64,000 bases of DNA from Candidatus Yanofskybacteria bacterium RIFCSPLOWO2_02_FULL_44_18 (GTDB lineage Bacteria > Patescibacteriota > Minisyncoccia > 2-02-FULL-40-12 > GWA2-44-9), in the NCBI GenBank assembly GCA_001794755.1, contig MGKT01000006.1, forward strand, positions 40,700 through 104,699, read 5' to 3'. The notes below the pieces were generated by a model. It searched no databases. It was not told the DNA's origin and saw only the letters and a program-made list of their open reading frames with translations. A program made the position numbers and the translations under genes. Positions 18,801 through 25,080 of the stretch are shown in pieces. The first letter of the stretch is position 1; each line of letters opens with the position of its first letter.

Positions 18801-19630
18801 GCTAATTCCATAATCTGCGACACATTTAACACCTGTGATGAAGCTTTTGGCTCTGGTATTTCCTTCCACTCATTTTCTCCCCTTCTCGATTTATACAGAC
18901 CTCTCCTTTGAGTATTTACTGTTGTATCAATTATTTGTCTCGACTCCTTTTCAACAACATAAGAGTCGGGAGTTATAGAACCAGATACAATAGCCTCCCC
19001 AAGCCCAAAGCCAGCTTCGATGATGAGTTGATTTCTATCCTCCGTAATTGGATGGACCGAAAACGCTATTCCAGATACTTCCGACTGAACCATTTTCTGC
19101 ACCACAACGGCTACGGAAATACCCGTGCCGTGAAGTTCTTTTTCGAAGCGATAAAAGATTGCTCTGGGAGTAAAGAGAGAAGACCAGCATTTCTTAACTT
19201 TATCGAGTAAGTCATCTTCCGTGGTATTTAAATAACTCTCTAACTGACCTGCCCAGGCATGCTCCGCTCCGTCCTCTGCTGTGGCAGATGAGCGAACGGC
19301 CACAAACTCCGCCCGGAGTGCCTTAGATGCCCTTAAAATCTCGTCAGAAATGTCTTGCGGCAATTCTTCATTCTCAATTAGCCCTCGTATCTTTTCGGAA
19401 GCGCCCTCTACGGTGTGTATTGCTTTGTGGTCTACAGTCTTGAGTATCGCCTCAATTTCTTGAGCTAAATCTGTTTCGTGTAAAAATCGGTCAAAGGTTC
19501 CAGAGAGCACAACAAAACCATCTGGCACAGGAAGTCCTGCTTGTGTCATCTCACCAAGAGATGAACCTTTACCACCAGCGAGAAGTGAGTCGGTCTTCTT
19601 TATTTCATTAAAATTTTTAATCAGTTCCAT
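15863..19630 (-). CDS. PEP-utilizing enzyme family giant protein: PPDK-N (ATP-grasp nucleotide-binding) domain + two phosphohistidine swivel domains, no PEP/pyruvate TIM barrel (rifampin-phosphotransferase-like architecture, duplicated His domain)
   Basis: 1255 aa. The N-terminal ~310 aa match the PEP synthase/PPDK ATP-binding domain (…VAVRSSATAEDG…, …CDIEWAYEDGKFYITQSRPIT). Two PEP-utilizing 'mobile' domains carry the catalytic His motifs GGVTSHAAITAREMGKPCIIG (~aa 830) and GGMMSHAAIVSREMNIPCVVG (~aa 1200). An SD-like AAGGGATT precedes the ATG. AT content is higher than that of neighbouring genes. Confidence 0.8.
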   Translation of the reverse strand: MELIKNFNEIKKTDSLLAGGKGSSLGEMTQAGLPVPDGFVVLSGTFDRFLHETDLAQEIEAILKTVDHKAIHTVEGASEKIRGLIENEELPQDISDEILRASKALRAEFVAVRSSATAEDGAEHAWAGQLESYLNTTEDDLLDKVKKCWSSLFTPRAIFYRFEKELHGTGISVAVVVQKMVQSEVSGIAFSVHPITEDRNQLIIEAGFGLGEAIVSGSITPDSYVVEKESRQIIDTTVNTQRRGLYKSRRGENEWKEIPEPKASSQVLNVSQIMELADLVIKIENHYGFPCDIEWAYEDGKFYITQSRPITTLSNKTPIRHFKKFFTRKLSLVTMEYWWEGEYDAFNKLLQGSTRFNPLFIKTSDGNTSVYYDINNPDTAIKPLFDFFINNPDKFRPLAKKFEEDYKKLHQFAINYRNTNIKDFYKTSVDFWGFLPVIVQFGNSTNKELPKAIIEKSYKLRELSQAGEYEHGDALIGAIKFQYPDLAEYANVISIKELLSNKIPNKETLDNRNDFFIFFEGNITTGKDLEKFQEENNILIDEDLSIIGEFSEKKSLFKKNVSRDVCVAAIEFWEKSDTEYLENWIGVTTDRLVYERANGMLTVYEDEKIFADATKAIKKKLARSGWVEEITENYQKALKEIKKLESQLLSKPNKKNLEVFFEKLARTQSLFAIIYFVPAIEDAPSKAKEACLEQRKSTEDFFYNANATFEKAIPMIVPDYAIPFSKILSINEILGMLPTVDELRKRDEHFIFHDHKFYYNRTLIQVERELGIEIEKDEVISGTNEIRGNVAHKGISKGKVVIVLTKTDINRVNEGDIMVTPMTNPDFLPAMKKASAFVTDEGGVTSHAAITAREMGKPCIIGTKIATKVLKDGDLVEVNADTGVIKIIENNLGIKDPNYYQRLFQVGGMPYIISDIFMTEYKKIKGFSMLAHGIWTTYLPKQSIKDTLIEGVELYSSKEKFDEYSNGFEAYKKKTAEHFEKISKKDRLTRADLEEFLINLSTLFHFYRRTEFFATDDAYQYSLNDEITSENLKHFERIKNSGREYLNKLFFGSESALFSILSILQKQFRVEVDSLMLYSRSDLLNLFENQKVSTSILEDRKCAYVMIGDGENLTYINGKEAEVIVSKFDTVTPEFHSEIKGKTANKGKVRGMAKVIIADYGNFDGLKKIMESMVNGDILIAETTSPELMPVCSKASAIVTNQGGMMSHAAIVSREMNIPCVVGTGNATDLIKDGDIVEVDGNKGVVHIIQKAQRD

Positions 19631-19663
19631 AATCCCTTATCATCGACGTTAGCGACCCTATGT

Positions 19664-19717
19664 TTGTCCGCCCTGCAGGACTCGGTCACGGATAATTTGC
19701 TCGTCAGTCACTCGCAA
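19664..19717. repeat. att-like direct repeat copy 2: tRNA-Lys 3'-end core + Y arm
   Basis: TTGTCCGCCCTGCAGGACTCG + gtcacggataatttgctcgtcagtcactcgcaa, identical to 15791-15844. Confidence 0.75.
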
Positions 19718-19740
19718 ATTTCCTTGACCACGGCTCGCGG

Positions 19741-19760
19741 TTGCAATCTGCTGATTGCAA
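19741..19760. repeat. perfect palindrome TTGCAATC-TGCTG-ATTGCAA in the spacer between att copies
   Basis: 7-bp inverted arms (TTGCAAT/ATTGCAA) around a 6-nt centre. It is the only palindrome in the 50-bp spacer between repeat copies 1 and 2. Confidence 0.5.
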
Positions 19761-19799
19761 CATCGCTCCGCCTTTCTCGTCCGGCAGACAACTTCGTTG

Positions 19800-19872
19800 T
19801 CCGCCCTGCAGGACTCGAACCTGCGACCCTCTGCTTAAAAGGCAGGTGCTCTACCAACTGAGCTAAGGGCGG
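19800..19872 (-). tRNA. tRNA-Lys (anticodon UUU)
   Basis: Minus-strand sequence CCGCCCT-TA-GCTC-AGTTGGTA-GAGC-A-CCTGC-CTTTTAA-GCAGA-GGGTC-GCAGG-TTCGAGT-CCTGC-AGGGCGG-A. The acceptor stem (7 bp), D arm, anticodon arm and T arm all form. The anticodon loop CU-UUU-AA has U33 and A37. CCA is not encoded. Confidence 0.85.
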
Positions 19873-19903
19873 AATATTTATGAAATCATACCACATAATG
19901 GAC

Positions 19904-19937
19904 TGAAAACCAACAAAAAGGCACCTTGTTAGGTGCT
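19904..19937 (-). terminator. intrinsic terminator of the 289-aa gene, upstream of tRNA-Lys
   Basis: On the minus strand GCACC-TAACAA-GGTGC is followed by CTTTTTGTTGGTTTT. Confidence 0.55.
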
Positions 19938-20807
19938 TTACGACAAAAGAATCGCCCGCCTTGCTTCCCTGATTAATTCATCGTTTATAACTTTTTGGCA
20001 TTGCGGCGCTTCTGCAAAGTTCTTAGCCCGTTCTTGCTCATACCGCTTTTCCTCGTTTCTAAAATCGTTCAGTAAATCAAGATAATGATAATACTTCGCA
20101 ACACGCTCTGAGGTATCGCGATGCAACAGAACAAGTGTGATTTTATCTTCCTCATTAGTCCATTTTACGCCTACGTCACCCCTAACAATTCCTGCATGAG
20201 GAAGGGTGAACCTATTCTTGAATTCATTGTTGAATGCCTCTTCCTCCCTTTCTTCCTCCATATTCGATGCCGGAACGACTACTTGGCTATGGTGAAGGTA
20301 ATAATAATAATACCCATTATGAACTTGAGAATAAGAACCGGGATTTGACCGGATGTCGCATCGTGAGATAAAATCTGCCCATTTTAAAACACTGTCGAAA
20401 AATGGCTTCAAGGCATTAGGCAATGAATCCAGAGATAATTGTTGGCCGAGACATATTATCAATGACTGACTGCTGGTTTTTTGCTCAAGTATGGGCCGAA
20501 GCTCATTTAGAATCCTATCCAGAATATCCGGCCTTCTAGTACACGCGATCCGAAATCTTTTATCTGTCATTCTGCATCTTAGACGAAAGCGAATCGCTTT
20601 TAAACCTGTTCCAACATGCCAAGTAATCCATATCACTGATTCATATATTTTACCTTTAATAAATGATTCAATGTCGATTGTGTACGCATCTTCAATGGGC
20701 GGAATCACTGGACAGGCTTCCAAGATATCAATGGATGGGATTTCACCATTTACACCTTGAGCATCATACCTTCTTCTCCAGCCGTATGTTATGGGAACAC
20801 TACACAT
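19938..20807 (-). CDS. hypothetical protein (289 aa), no recognisable domain
   Basis: Long ORF that includes an acidic stretch (MEEEREEEAF) and a Tyr run (HNGYYYYYLHH). It sits between the HD hydrolase and tRNA-Lys. Confidence 0.4.
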   Translation of the reverse strand: MCSVPITYGWRRRYDAQGVNGEIPSIDILEACPVIPPIEDAYTIDIESFIKGKIYESVIWITWHVGTGLKAIRFRLRCRMTDKRFRIACTRRPDILDRILNELRPILEQKTSSQSLIICLGQQLSLDSLPNALKPFFDSVLKWADFISRCDIRSNPGSYSQVHNGYYYYYLHHSQVVVPASNMEEEREEEAFNNEFKNRFTLPHAGIVRGDVGVKWTNEEDKITLVLLHRDTSERVAKYYHYLDLLNDFRNEEKRYEQERAKNFAEAPQCQKVINDELIREARRAILLS

Positions 20808-20877
20808 ATACTCCTCTCAATGAACTAGGGATTATATCTCACAATATATGCAAAACGTCAAGGCGGTGGGACAATGA

Positions 20878-22128
20878 TTATTTTTTAAGCACTGACATTA
20901 TCTTGTCGGCATTTTCAAATATTAAATTCCTGTCGCCGATGATGCAGACCCTTACCGCAAGATAGTCTTCGAGTTCTGATTTCATGGACTCAAAATATTC
21001 CTTATGGGTTTTTTTCAGCGACATAACTTCGCCGTTATCGTGGTATACAATATCCTGCGGTTCAAATCGCCAAGGATTGAGAATCGGCACAATCACAATC
21101 TTGAAGGAATCAGCGCCGATAATTTTCGAAATTTGGCTCTCCAATTTTTCCAGATTCGCCGGTGAATTTCTTTTTGCGAATTTCTCAAAAAAATTAACAT
21201 CTTCGCCGACTACTTTGATATTTTTCCCGGCAATTCTTTCTCTTATCCTTCGGCTTTTCAATCTCACCACAAGCCCTGTCCGGGGCAGATTTCTTTCAAC
21301 CAGGGCTTGATATTGCCAGCGAAGAACGGCATCTTCGCTTAAAAATATTCTGGCCATAATCTGATGGTCGTTCATTTTCCAAAGATCAGGCGGTTTTATT
21401 TTTTCCTTCAGAATCAGTCTGGCAATTATTTTTTGCATGAATCTCTGCGAAATCAGAGTGGATTTATGCAGATACACTTCCTTGTACATATAGATATACA
21501 GTCTTTGGATTTGTTTTGCCGCTTCCAACGCTTTTTTATCAATGACCATATTGCCGTCCATAAAAGTAGAATAATCCAATATTGTTTCGACATCCGGCCT
21601 CTGGCCGAAACCGGTATGATATGTGTCCCGCTCAAGATAATCGAGCTTATCCGTGCCGATATTTCTGTCCATTACAATCCGATAAAGGCTATTCTTGCGA
21701 TTAAATAGTGTCAGAATAAAATTATAATCCCCGCCTGATTTTGTAATCGCTGTTTTTAGAGACTTGATGATTCTGGCCCCGTTTTTGTCGTGATCATACG
21801 GAGTTAATTCCTCGATAACATGGGAAAACGGGCCGTGGCCGATGTCATGAAGCAGACCGAAAAGAGAGATATTCAACGCTTCTTTATGGTTGAGAATATA
21901 ATCCGTAATCAGGCGCTGGCAAAAATTCCTAGTTTTATGATAAACGCCCAAAGCATGCTCAAACCGGTTATGGGTCGCGCCGGGGAAAACGCTCAAAGTC
22001 GTGCCCAGCTGGCCGACATGCAAAAGCCGCTGAAATAGCGGATGATTTATTATCGGTAATATGTTCCTGACGTCGATGCTTACTCCCGGCGGTATTCGAA
22101 TATACTTCTTGTAGTGTCCGGACTCCAT
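20878..22128 (-). CDS. HD-domain dNTP triphosphohydrolase-like protein (Dgt/SAMHD1 family)
   Basis: 416 aa with the motifs …HNRFEHALGVYH…, LLHDIGHGPFSH and …DKLDYLERDTYHTG…, which are diagnostic of the dGTPase/SAMHD1 HD subfamily. Confidence 0.75.
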   Translation of the reverse strand: MESGHYKKYIRIPPGVSIDVRNILPIINHPLFQRLLHVGQLGTTLSVFPGATHNRFEHALGVYHKTRNFCQRLITDYILNHKEALNISLFGLLHDIGHGPFSHVIEELTPYDHDKNGARIIKSLKTAITKSGGDYNFILTLFNRKNSLYRIVMDRNIGTDKLDYLERDTYHTGFGQRPDVETILDYSTFMDGNMVIDKKALEAAKQIQRLYIYMYKEVYLHKSTLISQRFMQKIIARLILKEKIKPPDLWKMNDHQIMARIFLSEDAVLRWQYQALVERNLPRTGLVVRLKSRRIRERIAGKNIKVVGEDVNFFEKFAKRNSPANLEKLESQISKIIGADSFKIVIVPILNPWRFEPQDIVYHDNGEVMSLKKTHKEYFESMKSELEDYLAVRVCIIGDRNLIFENADKIMSVLKK

Positions 22129-22171
22129 ATCCAGAAACTAACAAAATATGGATTACTGGTAAAGGAATGAT

Positions 22172-23740
22172 CTACTCTTTTTTCTTCAAAGCATCCTGAA
22201 GCAGTTTTCTCAATTCATCGGTATTGGTTTCCTTTTTCTCTTTGTCCTTCTGGCTTTTTTCAACCCGGCGGCCTTTAAAATCAACGGCCCCTCTGTTTAA
22301 GTCTCGCAATGAGGCGGACCTGGAGCCGACATTGGCTTCTTGTATTCGGCTGCGGCGGTCGGCATCCCTGGCCGGTGGACGCATCGGGGCCGGCGGGCGG
22401 ATCGGACTTCTCTGGGGCGTAAACTGCCTTTCTCTTTCCATATTTTCTTGGGCCACCCATCCCATCCAGTCCGCAGTATGTTTTTCGACAATTTCTTTCG
22501 GCGTCGTAAACTGTTCGCGCGATGCGGAGACAATTTCTTTTTTGAAATTTACTTCCGGTTTCGGAAACGGCGGCAATGTCCCGGCTGAAAACGGCTTAGA
22601 GGAGATACCATCAATCATCAGTCTTAAATATATGTTGTATTTTCCCAAATTGACCAAATCCGTCATTGTAAAATCAGGTTCATACCATCTTTCCAGAAAT
22701 TCGGCGTCCTCCGCTCCGACGCGGAATGTGACTAAAGTGCCGACGTTGCCGAATACGGCATCTCTGACGACTTCTTCCATTTGAGTAATATACTGATGGC
22801 CCAGCGTCAGGCATAAATGGTATTTTCTGGCCTCGGATAATATGTTTACGAACGATTCGGTGGCAAAATTTTGAAACTCATCGACATAGAGATAAAAATC
22901 AGGCCGCTGATTTTCAGGCACATCAACGCGCGACATGGCTGCTAGCTGTAGTTTAGTAATCAAAAGCGCTCCCAAAAGACGCGAAGCATCCTCGCCAATT
23001 TCGCCTTTTGACACGTTTACAATTAATATCTTGCCCTCATCCATAATCTTGCGCATGTCGATTTTTGAACGCGGCTGGCCGATGATATTCCTGATAACGT
23101 TGTTGGAACTGAATTGGCCAACCTTATTTTGAATCGCGGCTGTGGCTTCGGTCGCAAACTTATCCGCATATTTCGCGAATTCATCAATCCAGAAACCTTT
23201 GACAATCGGGTCTTTGATGTTGGATACGACCTCTTTTCGATATTCCTTGTTGGAAAGCATCCGGTTGATGCCGAGAATGGTGGAATTGGGATACTCAAGC
23301 AAGGCCAGTATCGTGTTATTTAAAATATATTCCATTCGGCCCGACCAGGCATCCACCCATATTTTCTTGAAAACACCCAGAAGACCGCTGGCCACGAGAT
23401 GGCGATATTCAAAAGGGACTTTCTCCATGACGTTGAACGCGATTGGAAAATCAAGGTCATTGGGTTGGAAATATATAACGTCTTTGATTCTCTCTTCTGG
23501 CACGAAATCAAGAAGGTCAATCGCTGCGTCTCCGTGAGGATCAATAAAGGCAACGCCGCGTCCGGCTTCGATGTCCTGTATGGCCATGTTCTTCATGAGC
23601 TCAGATTTGCCCATACCGGTCGAGCCGATAACGTAAACGTGGCGGCGGCGGTCATCCGGTTTTACGCCAAATCGAACTTTCTTGTTCCGAAAATTTGTCT
23701 CTCCCAAAAATACGATATCTCTTTCGTCTGTTTGTCTCAT
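22172..23740 (-). CDS. VirD4/TraD/TraG-like type IV secretion coupling-protein ATPase homologue (T4SS DNA-transfer domain)
   Basis: 522 aa with Walker A VIGSTGMGKSE, …FIDPHGD…, Walker B-like …LYVDEFQNF…, and a long charged, disordered C-tail. Confidence 0.65.
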   Translation of the reverse strand: MRQTDERDIVFLGETNFRNKKVRFGVKPDDRRRHVYVIGSTGMGKSELMKNMAIQDIEAGRGVAFIDPHGDAAIDLLDFVPEERIKDVIYFQPNDLDFPIAFNVMEKVPFEYRHLVASGLLGVFKKIWVDAWSGRMEYILNNTILALLEYPNSTILGINRMLSNKEYRKEVVSNIKDPIVKGFWIDEFAKYADKFATEATAAIQNKVGQFSSNNVIRNIIGQPRSKIDMRKIMDEGKILIVNVSKGEIGEDASRLLGALLITKLQLAAMSRVDVPENQRPDFYLYVDEFQNFATESFVNILSEARKYHLCLTLGHQYITQMEEVVRDAVFGNVGTLVTFRVGAEDAEFLERWYEPDFTMTDLVNLGKYNIYLRLMIDGISSKPFSAGTLPPFPKPEVNFKKEIVSASREQFTTPKEIVEKHTADWMGWVAQENMERERQFTPQRSPIRPPAPMRPPARDADRRSRIQEANVGSRSASLRDLNRGAVDFKGRRVEKSQKDKEKKETNTDELRKLLQDALKKKE

Positions 23741-24987
23741 ATTGGCAGATCAGCCGGCGCCTCCCCTTTCTTGGCCTCAATCCTGGGCAACGTCGCTGTT
23801 TTTACTCCAACATCGGGTATATGGAATATCGACGCCAATTCTTCCGTGTTTAAAACATAAGATTTATCCAAAAATTTTCTTTTTTTGTATCCTTTGTATA
23901 ACTCCACTTTATGATTATACTCTCTGCTTTTTTTAAATACCCAATCAAAATCCGCCGAGATTTTCTTAAAACCGTTGAGGCTTAAGGACGAGAACTGCTT
24001 CAACGTGCCGGATATAACGGCCGGGCGGCTTTTGTTGAATGTCTCCACCGGAGATATGTATACCATTCTTAGGGTGGATTTAAATCCCAATTTTGTGATA
24101 TTTCTTTCAATCGCCTTCAATGCCTCCAGCTTTCCGGGTGTTAATTTCATGCTTGAGAATTCATCCGCTTTCTTATCATCTTTACCCCCAGCCCCGAACA
24201 AAGAATCAATGAAGTCAAAAAACACATTGAATATGTTTTTCTTTACTTCTTCCTTCTTGCCCGTCAGCTTGTCAATTACTTTCTGGGAGTCTTTAACCCA
24301 GTCTTCTCCTTTTTTTGACTGGATTAGTATTTGTAACGCCAGACACTCGCCGGGTCCAAGCAGACTCATGCCTTCAACCAGCGAAGCCAAGGGATCAATT
24401 CTTTGATATTCGTCTTTTCCAGGATTTTTTTCCTCAAAATCGACATAGGTTCGAATCGGATAGGCATCGGGTTTTTCCAGCGTGAATTCACCGACGGCTA
24501 TGTCTGTTTTGTCATCGGGAAGCGTATCGGGATACGCGGCCATATAATCATCAGCGAGGTAAATTTCAGCTTCCGGAAACTGGGCGTATATTGATGACTC
24601 GACCAGATTCCGATGCGCTTCAAGAGTTCTGATAAAAAAATGTATTTCTCCGCCCATGCTCACCAATTCCAAGGAAAACCAATCGCCGACTTTGCCTTTC
24701 CAAAATCCTTCAACCCACTTTTTTCTGACACCGCCCGGAGCGCTGTGCAAAGCGGCAAAAATCTGCTCCATGGCCAAAGGGCTGCGTTTTGATTCTCGGG
24801 GTAATTTCAATTCAAGCATTATCCACTTGAGATTGGATAGGTATATGGATTTTTTGTAATCCTTGAACATGTCAAAGACGACCAAAAACAAAATCACGGG
24901 CGCAATCGCCCACCAATATGAGAACATTGTTAAAAAAACGTTTCCGAGAATATCCCAAACGGGACCTAAAAAGTCAGTGACTAGCAT
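23737..24987 (-). CDS. membrane protein co-encoded with (4-nt overlap) the VirD4-like ATPase; function unknown
   Basis: 416 aa with two N-terminal TM helices and then a soluble domain. Its stop and the ATPase start overlap by 4 nt. Confidence 0.45.
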   Translation of the reverse strand: MLVTDFLGPVWDILGNVFLTMFSYWWAIAPVILFLVVFDMFKDYKKSIYLSNLKWIMLELKLPRESKRSPLAMEQIFAALHSAPGGVRKKWVEGFWKGKVGDWFSLELVSMGGEIHFFIRTLEAHRNLVESSIYAQFPEAEIYLADDYMAAYPDTLPDDKTDIAVGEFTLEKPDAYPIRTYVDFEEKNPGKDEYQRIDPLASLVEGMSLLGPGECLALQILIQSKKGEDWVKDSQKVIDKLTGKKEEVKKNIFNVFFDFIDSLFGAGGKDDKKADEFSSMKLTPGKLEALKAIERNITKLGFKSTLRMVYISPVETFNKSRPAVISGTLKQFSSLSLNGFKKISADFDWVFKKSREYNHKVELYKGYKKRKFLDKSYVLNTEELASIFHIPDVGVKTATLPRIEAKKGEAPADLPI

Positions 24988-25035
24988 ATCGTAATTCTAA
25001 TCTAACCGTAGGCATCAATCAATACTCCGTGTTGG

Positions 25036-25067
25036 GCGCAATCCCGATGGCCTCATCGGGATTGCGC
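25036..25067. repeat. perfect 14-bp GC-rich inverted repeat (GCGCAATCCCGATG-gcct-CATCGGGATTGCGC)
   Basis: 14/14 complementarity with a 4-nt loop and no flanking U-tract on either strand. It lies between the stop of the sigma-r4 gene and the start of the membrane-protein gene. Confidence 0.6.
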
Positions 25068-25080
25068 GAATTGACTTTGA

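Noticed and set aside
19664-19896. ORFs 19664..19861 (+) and 19708..19896 (-)
   Set aside because: They overlap the tRNA-Lys gene and the att repeats and have no coding signal.
22224-23860. Multiple 65–186-aa ORFs antisense or out of frame within the VirD4-like and membrane-partner genes
   Set aside because: They are shadow ORFs inside a long, motif-supported CDS.
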